From Candidatus Giovannonibacteria bacterium RIFCSPLOWO2_02_FULL_45_28 (lineage in GTDB: Bacteria; Patescibacteriota; Minisyncoccia; UBA11713; 2-01-FULL-45-33), in the NCBI GenBank assembly GCA_001780725.1, contig MFIM01000028.1, positions 10,368 through 74,367 of the forward strand: a stretch of 64,000 bases of DNA. The letters run 5' to 3'. A program made the translations under genes and the position numbers. The notes beneath the pieces are model-generated. The model saw nothing but the letters and a program-made list of their open reading frames with translations. It was not told where the DNA came from and made no database searches. Below are positions 27,077 to 37,096 of the stretch, one piece after another. Within the stretch, counting starts at the first letter, position 1. The number at the start of each line of letters is the position of its first letter.

Positions 27077-28648
27077 ATGGAAAATATTATGGCCAAAGAA
27101 AATAACGAGAAAAAATTTACTATCCCCAAAGAAGTTCGCGCGGCGGTGGCGATTTTGGAAAGCGCCGGTTTTGAGGCGTATCTTATCGGCGGGTGCGTCC
27201 GGGACCTTTTAATTGAGAGGACGCCTCAAGATTGGGACATAACCACCAATGCTAGGCCGGAGAAAATCCAAGAGCTTTTTCCAAAAAGTTTTTATGAAAA
27301 CAAATTTGGAACGGTAAGCGTGGTTACAGATTCGGAAAATCCGAGGCTCCGCACTATAGAAATCACTCCTTACCGGCTTGAAGGAAAATATTCCGACAAG
27401 CGCCATCCGGATGAAGTGAAATTCGCTGATAAACTAGAAGACGACTTGGCAAGAAGGGATTTTACGATAAACGCAATGGCGATGAAGCTCGCGCTCTCCT
27501 CGAAGTCGCTCGGGAAGAAGTCCGACTTCTTTGGGATCTCGAAGTCGGACTTCGGGGAGAGCGACTTCTTCCCGGGCTCGAGCTTGATCGATCCTTTCAA
27601 CGGCCAAAAAGACTTAGAGCAAAAACTCATTCGCGCCGTCGGCGATCCCAACGAGCGTTTTGAAGAAGACGCGCTCCGGATTATGCGCGCAGTACGGCTG
27701 TCGGCAGAACTAGGATTTACAATTGAGGAAAAAACCCAAAAAGCGTTAAAAGACCGTGCTCATCTGCTCCGTGTTATTGCAAAAGAGAGAATCCGCGACG
27801 AATTTTCCAAAACACTGATGGCCGCCACACCTTCACTAGGACTTGAAACCATGCGGAAGCTGGGTGTTTTAAAACTATTTTTGCCGGAACTGGAAGAGGG
27901 GTGGGGTGTCGGACAAAATAAACACCATGTCTATACCGTCTGGGAGCACAATGTCAGATCTTTGGATTGCGCCGCAAAAGAAAAATGGCCGCTCGTAGTT
28001 CGCCTCGCCGCGCTTTTTCACGATATTGGGAAACCCCGAAGCAAACGCGGCGACGGGCCAGACTCCACTTTTTACGGGCATGAAATAATCGGCGCAAAGA
28101 TGTCCGCGCAAGCTCTTTCACGCCTTCGCTTCTCCGCAGAGTTTACGGAGAAAGCAGCCAAACTGGTCCGCTACCACCTTTTTTATTACAATGTAGATGA
28201 AGTGTCGGAATCTTCCGTGCGCCGTCTTATCTCGCGCGTCGGGCCGGAAGATATGGAAGATTTAATCCGCGTCCGCATCTGCGATCGCATCGGTTCCGGA
28301 GTTCCAAAAGCGGAGCCGTACAAACTCCGCCATTTTAGATTTTTGGTTGAAAAATTGCAAAGAGATCCGGTTTCGGTTAAAATGCTTAAAATAAACGGCG
28401 ATAAAATAAAGGAGCTCACCGGGCTTCCGCAAAGCATAAAAATCGGGTTGATTATTCATGCTTTGATGGACGAAGTTTTGGACGATCCGGAAAAAAATAC
28501 ACCGGAATATTTAGAAAAACGCGCCACGGAACTGAACGCTTTGCCGGATGCAGAGCTCAAAAAACTCGCCGACGCCGGCCGCAGCAAAAAATTAGGCCTT
28601 GAAGAAGAAGAGATTTCAAAAATTAAGAAAAAACACTGGGTAAAATAA
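27077..28648 (+). CDS. cca: CCA tRNA nucleotidyltransferase with HD domain
   Basis: GGCVRD, DWD, RRDFTINA, EDALR, HDIGK; start moved downstream of the tRNA. Confidence 0.93.
   Translation: MENIMAKENNEKKFTIPKEVRAAVAILESAGFEAYLIGGCVRDLLIERTPQDWDITTNARPEKIQELFPKSFYENKFGTVSVVTDSENPRLRTIEITPYRLEGKYSDKRHPDEVKFADKLEDDLARRDFTINAMAMKLALSSKSLGKKSDFFGISKSDFGESDFFPGSSLIDPFNGQKDLEQKLIRAVGDPNERFEEDALRIMRAVRLSAELGFTIEEKTQKALKDRAHLLRVIAKERIRDEFSKTLMAATPSLGLETMRKLGVLKLFLPELEEGWGVGQNKHHVYTVWEHNVRSLDCAAKEKWPLVVRLAALFHDIGKPRSKRGDGPDSTFYGHEIIGAKMSAQALSRLRFSAEFTEKAAKLVRYHLFYYNVDEVSESSVRRLISRVGPEDMEDLIRVRICDRIGSGVPKAEPYKLRHFRFLVEKLQRDPVSVKMLKINGDKIKELTGLPQSIKIGLIIHALMDEVLDDPEKNTPEYLEKRATELNALPDAELKKLADAGRSKKLGLEEEEISKIKKKHWVK
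27485..27585. repeat. Nested palindromic in-frame insert in cca
   Basis: AAGCTCG...GAAGTCGCTC...GAAGTCCGACTTC...GAAGTCGGACTTC...GAGCGACTTC...CGAGCTT. Confidence 0.85.
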
Positions 28649-28649
28649 T

Positions 28650-29555
28650 ATGAAAGAGTCAAGCGCAGATAGAATATTTGGGAAATTCGAAGCCGGTAAA
28701 GAATCGGCCCGCCATCTTTTGGCTAAGGAATTCAAAGAACAAGAATATAAATATGAAACGGAGCGCCAAAAAACAAAAGAAGAGCTTGAAATAATCGCTT
28801 TTGTGAATGAGTTTACAAACACCGTAGCAACAAATTTCGGGGGCCAGTCGCTGGATGTGCAACAAAAAAATGTTCATGTGTTAGATCAATCAGAAATTGA
28901 ACAATTGGACAAGATATTTTCACAAAAAGAAACAACCCATCCATCTTCAATATTTATAGCTTCTTTGCAGGCAATAGTAATGAGCGATAAAAAGGGCGAC
29001 TTACTTGCTTTTACTAGAGAACTGGTGCACGAAATGTGTCATTTCAAAGCCTTCCAGTCTCTTGAGGTAAGATTGGATCCTGATAGAAAAATGTGGGTTG
29101 GAAAAAACAGAAGGGGCGGTTTGGCTATAGAGATCAAGCGAGACAAACAAAAAGAAGCAGCTTTCGTTGACTTAAATGAAGCTATAATAGAACAGCTGAC
29201 TGGGGTTATTTTGGAGAATCTTACGAAGTCAAATGATTTGCCTGACGCATTAAAAAAACAAATTGAAAAAGTGCCAAACGAGCAAAGAGAAGAAAAAATT
29301 TTTGGGGCAGTGTACGTTCCAGAACAGTTGCGCCTCATTGATATAGCGGAAAAAATTTACGGCAAAAATCGTGACCGATTCAAGAATGCTGGTGAAGTGC
29401 TAAGATTATTTTACAAATCAATGTTTTCCGGAGAATTACTTCAAGTTGCGCGGCTTATTGAAAAAACCTTCGGAAAAGGAAGTTTTAAAAAAATCGGCGA
29501 AGAAGGTTTGCCGATATCGCAAATTGAAAAAGAGGTTGCTGAAGAAGAAAAATAA
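28650..29555 (+). CDS. Hypothetical protein, putative zincin (HExxH)
   Basis: LVHEMCHF and downstream NEAIIE. Confidence 0.6.
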   Translation: MKESSADRIFGKFEAGKESARHLLAKEFKEQEYKYETERQKTKEELEIIAFVNEFTNTVATNFGGQSLDVQQKNVHVLDQSEIEQLDKIFSQKETTHPSSIFIASLQAIVMSDKKGDLLAFTRELVHEMCHFKAFQSLEVRLDPDRKMWVGKNRRGGLAIEIKRDKQKEAAFVDLNEAIIEQLTGVILENLTKSNDLPDALKKQIEKVPNEQREEKIFGAVYVPEQLRLIDIAEKIYGKNRDRFKNAGEVLRLFYKSMFSGELLQVARLIEKTFGKGSFKKIGEEGLPISQIEKEVAEEEK

Positions 29556-29559
29556 ATAA

Positions 29560-29633
29560 CGGGGTGTAGTATACCGGTAGTACGTGCGCTTCGGGTGCGC
29601 AAAGACGGAGTTCAATTCTCCGCACCCCGACCA
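29560..29633 (+). tRNA. tRNA-Pro(CGG)
   Basis: CGGGGTG/CACCCCG acceptor, TGCGC-TTCGGGT-GCGCA, encoded CCA. Confidence 0.92.
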
Positions 29634-29650
29634 GTTGAAACAAATCAAAA

Positions 29651-31072
29651 CTATAGGCCGGTCCTAATAAGTTCCGTAGGGTTCTTGACGACCAAAACCG
29701 CGGACCTTGGCTCAAGCGTGATTGGCAAAGTCATTGGATTGCCGGCAACGTCATAAAACGGCCCTCCGTCCAGACGTTCGAAATCATGCGCATTTTCGTT
29801 GTCGGTGTTTACCACCACAATCGCATTTTCAAACATTCTTACAAAAAGGTTATTTATTTCTTTCGCATCGCCCAAAGAATCGCCGAGATTTAAATCAAAT
29901 TCCTTAAACCAATAGTGCGGTATGTCGGACACCCCCTCTTTATAAGTCCAATACGCCTCGCGGTCGCGGTCGGCAAAAAGCAGGAAAGAATAGTAAGCAA
30001 AAAGAGTTTTATCCACGTTGCCCGCCCAACCCGGGGATGGTTTTGAATTTACGTGAATACGCACATTTTTTGGAATCTTCTTAATTTCCTCAAGAATCCG
30101 CCGAAAATCCTCGATTGGGTATTCCTCGGGATACGTTTCCATCTCAATCCCCCCGGCTGCAATGGCGAGCCTTGAAAAGAAATCTGGCGTAAGTGTGACC
30201 GAAACCCCATCAAGGTTTGCCACAAAAGGAAAAGGAATCTTTTTCCTGACATTGGTGAAAAATTCTATCCATGCGTTCTGGTAGGCTGCATCCGTTTGGT
30301 AATTCGCCCACGGCGCAGTGTTAGTAAACCCCGTTTGCGCTTCCTGGGTTCCGAAAAAATCATCAATGAGTATCGCGTCCCATCTGCCGCCCAGCTCTAA
30401 AAGGAGTTTATTAAGTTTCTTCGCAAAAAACTCCTGCCATTGGACGTTTCCGGGGTCCGGCCAATAGGTGCCGGCGTTAGAGAGTTCGCCTCCGCTTCCT
30501 GTCACTATGGGGTTACCCTCCGCGTCTTTCAAGAGCCACTCCGGATGGTTCTTTGCGATCCAAAAAGTGCCTTCTTCATCAATGCTTCCGATGTCTGCTT
30601 GGCTTTTCCATTCCGCGAATTTCAGATTTAGCCCGGCGTCAATGTAAAGTAGTGATTTTATCGCGGGGTTATATTTTCTGAAGATCGGAAGCAGATGTTT
30701 TTTGTTGGCGACGAGAAGAGTATTATCATAATTTATCGCGACCCTGGCGACTTGCTCCTCGGTCGGCTCAAAAGAGCCGAAAATTCCCGTCGCGTCAAAT
30801 TTGGCCGTGCGGTAGGAACTGGATGATTTAGTAGGATAAGTAGTAAGTTTATGGTCAACTATTCCGCGGACAAGGTCGTCCTGCTTTTCTTTATTACTAA
30901 AAACGGTCGTCCAGGGCAGGCCCGGAAAATCCGGCAGTTCGGTGATGGTGGTCGCGTTTGACCTCGGACGAATTGTATCAAACGCAGAATTGTTTATGTA
31001 TTTAAACCAGACAAATAGGGCCGCTATAACAACTAATAACGGGATAATTACGTATTTTAAAAGTTTTTTATA
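29651..31072 (-). CDS. Membrane-anchored putative glycoside hydrolase (TIM-barrel type); canonical start codon missing
   Basis: The frame of the listed 293 aa ORF stays open 180 more codons upstream (KKLLKYVIIPLLVV...HPEWLLKD). Motif WDAILIDD. Confidence 0.65.
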   Translation of the reverse strand, partial: YKKLLKYVIIPLLVVIAALFVWFKYINNSAFDTIRPRSNATTITELPDFPGLPWTTVFSNKEKQDDLVRGIVDHKLTTYPTKSSSSYRTAKFDATGIFGSFEPTEEQVARVAINYDNTLLVANKKHLLPIFRKYNPAIKSLLYIDAGLNLKFAEWKSQADIGSIDEEGTFWIAKNHPEWLLKDAEGNPIVTGSGGELSNAGTYWPDPGNVQWQEFFAKKLNKLLLELGGRWDAILIDDFFGTQEAQTGFTNTAPWANYQTDAAYQNAWIEFFTNVRKKIPFPFVANLDGVSVTLTPDFFSRLAIAAGGIEMETYPEEYPIEDFRRILEEIKKIPKNVRIHVNSKPSPGWAGNVDKTLFAYYSFLLFADRDREAYWTYKEGVSDIPHYWFKEFDLNLGDSLGDAKEINNLFVRMFENAIVVVNTDNENAHDFERLDGGPFYDVAGNPMTLPITLEPRSAVLVVKNPTELIRTGL

Positions 31073-32531
31073 AAAGCGAATGCAGATATTCTTCTATATT
31101 TGTATACCCGTCACCATCTTTATCTTTGTTGCCGTCGGAGGCGTCGCTTGGATTTAATCCTATTGAGTTCTCCCAGATATCCGGCATGCCGTCGTGGTCT
31201 GAATCTGCAGGCGCGGTTCCTCCAGAGAATTTTGGATATCCTCCCACCTGCGACGGCGAATCAATTATTTTGCCGGTGCGGGTCCTAACGTCGTTTATAA
31301 TGCGGCTGTCAACCGCGTCCCGCTTAGGCTTCGAGGCCCCTGCGTCGGCAAGCACTTTTTCGTAAGCCTCTTGGGAACTTTGGGTAGTAACCTTTGGAGT
31401 TTCAAACGGCTTACTAACCAAATATGTTCGCTTGGCCCATTCTATTTTTTCGTGGAGAGTGCTCCCCTGAATAAATGATGGGTCGGGATCTATTGCAATA
31501 AACTTGACGATTCCTTCATCCGTGTCCATATCGCCGCGGCCGGAATTTCCATCAATAAAAAACTTGGGAAGTCCTTGCGAAGGTTTATCGTTTGCGTCCC
31601 GGACTTGCACAAATACCGCCTTTGAATCAGGATTTGTGGAAAGACCGGCGATAAACATATTTCCAACTATATTGGCGAAAGTATTAGAGAAAACATCATA
31701 GAAAAATAGCGCGTCAAGGCCCCAGTCATAAATAACATTATTGCGAATATCGTGTGTGCCTCCGTTTTTAATCAATGGGTTTCTCTGCTCATTGTGAGCA
31801 AATATATTATGGTGGACAGAGACTTTGTCGGTTCTATCTCCTATCAAAAGGCCGGTGCTGTGCCCACCCTCTTGATGGCGGCTTTTATTCAAACCCTCGC
31901 TTATGATTGACCAGGATACGGTTATATTTAGCGGGCCTTCGTAAATGCTTATATTTTCATCCTCGGCCCAGCTTGCTGATATATGGTCAAGCACTACATT
32001 GTAAGAATCTCCCGCGAACTTAGGTCCAAGAATACCAATTGAGTCATTGTTCGCACCCACACTTTTTCCTTCTGCTCCGGGCCTTACCCGCAAATTCTGT
32101 AGCAAGACATCGTGCGTCAAAATTGTAATGCCTCCGTTTTTTATGGTAATGCCGTCCCCAGGGGCAGTTTGCCCGGCTACGGTTACAAACGGATATCTGA
32201 TATAAAGAGGCTCGTCAATCTCAATCAGCCCTCCCACCCGAAAGACAATGATGCGCGGATCTGGATCTTCCAGGGCTTCGCGCAAAGTTCCCGGGCCGCT
32301 ATCGGCGAGTGTAGTTACTTCAATAACTTTGCCGCCTCTTCCGGCACGTGTCTTACTGCCAAATCCTTCAGCACCGGGGAAGACCGGGAGATTTGTCTCA
32401 ACTATAGGTGTATTACTAGGTATATTACTTACGTCAGGCTCGCCAGGCAAATTGCTTAAATACTTAAACCAAATAAAAACCGTCCCTACTATAATAATTA
32501 GCGCGAACACATATTTTAAAAGTCTTCTCAT
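31068..32531 (-). CDS. Pectate lyase family (PL1-like) protein with N-terminal anchor
   Basis: FPGAEGFG, VAGQTAPGDG, LDHIS.SW..DE, RNP, C-terminal DSDHDGMPD repeats. Confidence 0.88.
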   Translation of the reverse strand: MRRLLKYVFALIIIVGTVFIWFKYLSNLPGEPDVSNIPSNTPIVETNLPVFPGAEGFGSKTRAGRGGKVIEVTTLADSGPGTLREALEDPDPRIIVFRVGGLIEIDEPLYIRYPFVTVAGQTAPGDGITIKNGGITILTHDVLLQNLRVRPGAEGKSVGANNDSIGILGPKFAGDSYNVVLDHISASWAEDENISIYEGPLNITVSWSIISEGLNKSRHQEGGHSTGLLIGDRTDKVSVHHNIFAHNEQRNPLIKNGGTHDIRNNVIYDWGLDALFFYDVFSNTFANIVGNMFIAGLSTNPDSKAVFVQVRDANDKPSQGLPKFFIDGNSGRGDMDTDEGIVKFIAIDPDPSFIQGSTLHEKIEWAKRTYLVSKPFETPKVTTQSSQEAYEKVLADAGASKPKRDAVDSRIINDVRTRTGKIIDSPSQVGGYPKFSGGTAPADSDHDGMPDIWENSIGLNPSDASDGNKDKDGDGYTNIEEYLHSLL

Positions 32532-32538
32532 TAGATTA

Positions 32539-32709
32539 TTATTCTACTTTTTCTTTTTCTTTAGCAACCGGACCTAAATCTTTTAGGTGCTCGGCGCCCG
32601 GAATTAATGTCTCTCTGCTTGAGCCGTCCTCCAAAATTTCTACCAGATAATCTGCTTCAAATATGGTTTTTGTTTCAACGATTCTTTGGCGTTCCTCGGG
32701 GTTTTTCAT
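32539..32709 (-). CDS. Small hypothetical protein
   Basis: ATG at 32709, directly upstream of the lyase. Confidence 0.45.
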   Translation of the reverse strand: MKNPEERQRIVETKTIFEADYLVEILEDGSSRETLIPGAEHLKDLGPVAKEKEKVE

Positions 32710-32815
32710 ATATTTTATAGTGGCCGCTTTTCCTGCTTTTGTCAATCTGGCCTATTTTGACATTTGATTCCGAAGGGCTACGATGGTGGTAGATTTGATA
32801 TAAAGGAGTGGCTTT

Positions 32816-34021
32816 GTGCCGCATCCCGACTTTGGCCGTGTAGGCATTTTGCATGGCGGGGGCGGCTTTGCGCAAGGTTTACCCGGCGCAATCCATCACC
32901 GTGCCATAAGAAAAGTTTTGCGAAAGCGCTTTGGTATAGAACAGCCATTTTGTTCCATAGGTGTTTCTGTTGGTATTTTTAATTCTTGGGACGAAAACTC
33001 CGCTGATATATTTACGAAATATTTTGACAACACTACTTCTGTTTACAAATGGTCATCGGTTGTTGAAGAACCGATTGAGCGAATTTTGAAGTCAATTCCA
33101 TCGCCGCTTTTTAGGCACCACGAATCTGCGCGCGAATGGTGGCGCGATTGGTCTAATTACCGCAAAACAAGGTACAAAAACCGGAAAGAGTTTTTTGCCG
33201 ACATGAGGAAACTTGCAAGTTATCTGTGGCATATCGTTGCAGGAATTTCATTGCCCTTGCCGTTGGATCGTTCTCCTTCGCCGGGAGAACTTGCATCGGC
33301 GGTGGAATTGTTAATTTCCGAACTGAAAAGTTACGGGCTTGATATAAGTAAAATACAAGGGCCGTTTGATCTTGCGCCATTGATGTCTTCTCTCGAAAAA
33401 ATAATAGATGCGGATGCCATTTTAAAAAACCAGACCTCCACGACACTTATGCTGACGAGGTCAGGCAAGCACGAGCACGTTTTTGCATATGGCGCAACTT
33501 TGCCGGTTGAAACTTTGGCAAAACTTGAAAAGCGTTGCCAGATTCATTGGGTACAAACGGCGTCGGAGTTTTTTTTAGCAGGCAAAGCCTGCGTTTCTTT
33601 GCCCCCAGCCTTCCCTCCGGTTAAAATAAACGGCGGTATATATTGGGATGTCGGAGATAAAAATCCGTTTCCGGCGGAATATCTTATGGACGCCGGGTGC
33701 GATACAATTTTTTGTTTTGTAAAAGATTACTGGAATGCCTGCTCTGCTTATAATCCGGAAACGGATGATTTTACGCAACGACAGTTAGAAACTGCGGAGA
33801 TGTCCATAAGCACGATTTTTATGGATCGCTACGAGCGGGTTACGGAACGCGCGGAGCGTGAAGGAAAAAAGGTCTATGTGATAACTTCAAAGCTGCCGCC
33901 TCCGGATACGCAAATCCTAAAAACCACACCGGAAGCTACAAAATACACATTCCGGGTTGAAACGGAAGCAATCAATAAATGGATAAAAGACAACCTTAAT
34001 ATTGACCCCGCGGACGATTAG
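32816..34021 (+). CDS. Patatin-like phospholipase
   Basis: HGGGG oxyanion loop, GVSVG nucleophile, WDVG (DxG). Confidence 0.75.
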   Translation: MPHPDFGRVGILHGGGGFAQGLPGAIHHRAIRKVLRKRFGIEQPFCSIGVSVGIFNSWDENSADIFTKYFDNTTSVYKWSSVVEEPIERILKSIPSPLFRHHESAREWWRDWSNYRKTRYKNRKEFFADMRKLASYLWHIVAGISLPLPLDRSPSPGELASAVELLISELKSYGLDISKIQGPFDLAPLMSSLEKIIDADAILKNQTSTTLMLTRSGKHEHVFAYGATLPVETLAKLEKRCQIHWVQTASEFFLAGKACVSLPPAFPPVKINGGIYWDVGDKNPFPAEYLMDAGCDTIFCFVKDYWNACSAYNPETDDFTQRQLETAEMSISTIFMDRYERVTERAEREGKKVYVITSKLPPPDTQILKTTPEATKYTFRVETEAINKWIKDNLNIDPADD

Positions 34022-34096
34022 TCTCGCGGGGCTTTTATTTTTTTCGGAAATGCGCTATAAAGCATGCAGATTGAAAAATCATTTCGGAGGTGGCGG

Positions 34097-35731
34097 ATGA
34101 AAGGAACCCTGCTTGAATTACTTGAGCCGAGAGGGTTTTGGAAAGACCGGAAAACCGCGTTTGTTTTTTGGGATGGGGAAAAGTGGCCATGGTATCTAGG
34201 CAAACTTTCGTATCGACAGCTGCGCAAAAAGGCAAAATGTTTTGCCACAGCGCTGTTGAACGAATTGGATCTCGTCCCCGGCGAGCGTTTGGCGATTATG
34301 CTCCCCAACACGCTACAATTCCCAACTGTTTATTTCGGAGCCATGATGGCTGGGGTAGTGGTTGTTCCAATAAATCCGAGGTACACAGAAACGCCGAACG
34401 AAATTTTAAAAATTCTAAAAGACTCTGGAGCGAAAACGGTCGTGATTCTGGACAGATTTTTGCCCGCGCTTGAGGCTATAAAAAACGAAATAAAACTTCG
34501 GCATATCGTTGTAACGACGCAGGCCGATTCTCTCCCGCTTTTAAAAAAAATTGTTTATTGCGTTAAAACGCGGCGAAACAAAAACAAGTATTTACGCTAC
34601 GCGTGGCTCGTTTCTGCGCGGAGGTTTAAAGCGGTGCGCTTGCCTAATATCCGACCGACCGATGTTGCTTTAATTCTTTACACTTCCGGCACAACCGGAG
34701 CGCCAAAAGGCGTTATAATGACCCACAAGGCTCTTCTTGAAAACGCCAAAGCTTGCCGCGAATATCTCTTGAGAATGGGGCTGCGGGACAATGAGGAGAT
34801 TTTTTTAGCTACTGTTCCATACTTCCATATTTTAGGACTTTCGGCACTACTTCATACGGCGTTTCTGGTTCGCGCAAGAATTGTGCTTGTTCCTGATCCA
34901 AGAAAAATCCCACAAATCATGAAAGCCATTAGATTTACCAAGGCCACGGCTTTTGCTGGCACACCGGGACATTACGAAGCAACAGCTAAAATTTTAGCCG
35001 TGAGTACCGAGAAATACGACCTTTCCTCGGTCAAGCTTTGGATAAACGGCGGAGCGAAACTTCACAGGATTCATCGGGAAAAATTTGAAAGGCTTGTCGG
35101 CAAAAAAATCAGAAATGGTTACGGGATGTCGGAACTTGGCATTGTAAGTTGCCAGCTTTTGGACGACGAAGAAGAAGACAGCATCGGCGAGCCGTTTGAG
35201 AAAGTTGAAACAGTCATTTTTAATCCGGATAAAAATGGCACCGGAGAGCTTTGGGTAAGAAGCCCCGGCGCGATGAAGGGATATTGGAAACAGCCAGAAA
35301 CAACTTCTGAAACCATTAATCCCGACGGTTGGCTTTGTACTGGAGATTTTGCCCAGTATTCAGAAAAAGCCGGCGTTCTAAGAATTCTCTTGAAAGGCAG
35401 GAAAAAATATCTTATTAAAACGCGTACCGGAGAAAATATTGATCCGTTGGAAATAGAGAAGGTTTTAATGGCGCATTCCGATATAATCGAAGCTGCGGTT
35501 GTTGGTGTCTCGGATGAAAAACATGGGGAGCGAGTGCGCGCTTGCGTGGTACTGCGAGATCCGAAAACTTCTTGCGCCGGCGTATTTAAGAAAAAAATTT
35601 TTGAGCATTGTAGAAACCATCTTGCAAACTTCAAAATCCCGCAGGAAATAATCTGTGTGAAAGAAATTGAAAAAAACGCAGTTGGAAAAATCTTGTATGA
35701 AAAATTAAAAGAGCTAAAGGCGTCCGCTTGA
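34097..35731 (+). CDS. fadD: Long-chain fatty acid-CoA ligase
   Basis: YTSGTTGAPKG, GYGMSE, TGD, GRKK, VGK. Confidence 0.88.
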   Translation: MKGTLLELLEPRGFWKDRKTAFVFWDGEKWPWYLGKLSYRQLRKKAKCFATALLNELDLVPGERLAIMLPNTLQFPTVYFGAMMAGVVVVPINPRYTETPNEILKILKDSGAKTVVILDRFLPALEAIKNEIKLRHIVVTTQADSLPLLKKIVYCVKTRRNKNKYLRYAWLVSARRFKAVRLPNIRPTDVALILYTSGTTGAPKGVIMTHKALLENAKACREYLLRMGLRDNEEIFLATVPYFHILGLSALLHTAFLVRARIVLVPDPRKIPQIMKAIRFTKATAFAGTPGHYEATAKILAVSTEKYDLSSVKLWINGGAKLHRIHREKFERLVGKKIRNGYGMSELGIVSCQLLDDEEEDSIGEPFEKVETVIFNPDKNGTGELWVRSPGAMKGYWKQPETTSETINPDGWLCTGDFAQYSEKAGVLRILLKGRKKYLIKTRTGENIDPLEIEKVLMAHSDIIEAAVVGVSDEKHGERVRACVVLRDPKTSCAGVFKKKIFEHCRNHLANFKIPQEIICVKEIEKNAVGKILYEKLKELKASA

Positions 35732-35778
35732 CGCCTTTTTTTTCAGCGCTATGATTGTGGCAGATTTGATAAAATTCT

Positions 35779-37095
35779 ATGGATTTTGAGCTTACTGAAG
35801 AGCAAAAAGAGTTTAAGGCGCTAGCGCGTGGAATTTTGGAAAAAGAGCTTAAACCTTTGGTATTGAGGTTGGATGAAAAAAGCGTTTACCATGCAGGGTT
35901 TATAAAAGAGATTTTGGAAAAAGAGATTGGGCTTTTGGCGGTTAAGCTGGCTGAAGAAGGTGTCTATGCCGCAAAATTTATAGCGGCTTTGGAAGAAAAG
36001 TTAAAACTTTTGGCGCGCGCCCTGCCGGAAGAGAGTGCTTATCCGTTGGACTTCATAAAAAAAATGGGGAACCTCGGCTTTATGGGCATTTTCATTCCGG
36101 AAGAATACGGAGGATTGGGGAAGAGTCTTTTTGAATTCGCGCTGGTGGCAGAGGAGATCGCCAGAGTTTGTTTGAGTGCGGCAACTGCTTACGGTGTAAT
36201 TGCTCTGGGAACCTTGCCGATTTTGCTTTCTGGCACGGAAGAACAAAAGAAAAAATACCTGACCAAAATCGCTTCTGGAGAGATGCTGGTCGCTTTTGCC
36301 ATTACGGAAGCTGATGCCGGATCAGATGTTATGGCAATGAAAATGCGCGCGGCGCGCGATGGAGATTTTTACGTTTTAAACGGAATGAAACAATTTATTA
36401 CTAGCGCTGGACCGTCAGACATTTATTCTGTTTTTGCCAAAACTAATCCAGAAAAAGGCGAGAGGGGGGTTTCCGGATTTATCGTGGAAAAAGAAACTCC
36501 GGGACTGGAATTTGGCGAAAAAGAAAAAAAGCTGGGCATCCGTGCATCAGAAACCAGAAGCCTTATTTTAACCGATTGCAAAGTCCCGGCAGAAAATTTA
36601 ATCGGCGGGAGAGAAAATTTAGGCGCAATTCATATTTTAAATACCCTTAATCGCTCGCGGATCGTGGTTGGCGCATTGGGAGTCGGATGCGCAGAAGGCG
36701 CGCTGAAACAAGCCATTTCTTACGCAAAAGAGAGAAAACAATTTGGCCAGAGCATTGCGAGCTTTCAGATAATCCAACACAAACTTGCAGAGATGGCCGT
36801 ACGCGTTGAGACAGCGAAGCTTTTGGTTTATAAAGCCGCTTGGCTTGCAGGCCAGAAAGATACCGGAAAAAGCGTTTTGGCTAAATTCGGCGCGATGGCA
36901 AAATATTTTGCGGCTCAAGCGGCTTGCAATAACGCTGATGATAATATTCAGATTTGCGGCGGCATGGGTTTTATGGAGGAATTTGGAGCAGCAAAACGTT
37001 GGCGTGACTCCAGAATTCTGCGTATCTACGAGGGCACCGACGAAATCCAGAAAAACGAAATCGCCAGGATTTTGATAAAAGAAAGCGCAAATTAA
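35779..37095 (+). CDS. Acyl-CoA dehydrogenase with triplicated N-terminal segment
   Basis: ITEADAGSD, KKLGIRAS, RKQFG, GGMGF, IYEGT. Confidence 0.94.
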   Translation: MDFELTEEQKEFKALARGILEKELKPLVLRLDEKSVYHAGFIKEILEKEIGLLAVKLAEEGVYAAKFIAALEEKLKLLARALPEESAYPLDFIKKMGNLGFMGIFIPEEYGGLGKSLFEFALVAEEIARVCLSAATAYGVIALGTLPILLSGTEEQKKKYLTKIASGEMLVAFAITEADAGSDVMAMKMRAARDGDFYVLNGMKQFITSAGPSDIYSVFAKTNPEKGERGVSGFIVEKETPGLEFGEKEKKLGIRASETRSLILTDCKVPAENLIGGRENLGAIHILNTLNRSRIVVGALGVGCAEGALKQAISYAKERKQFGQSIASFQIIQHKLAEMAVRVETAKLLVYKAAWLAGQKDTGKSVLAKFGAMAKYFAAQAACNNADDNIQICGGMGFMEEFGAAKRWRDSRILRIYEGTDEIQKNEIARILIKESAN

Positions 37096-37096
37096 C

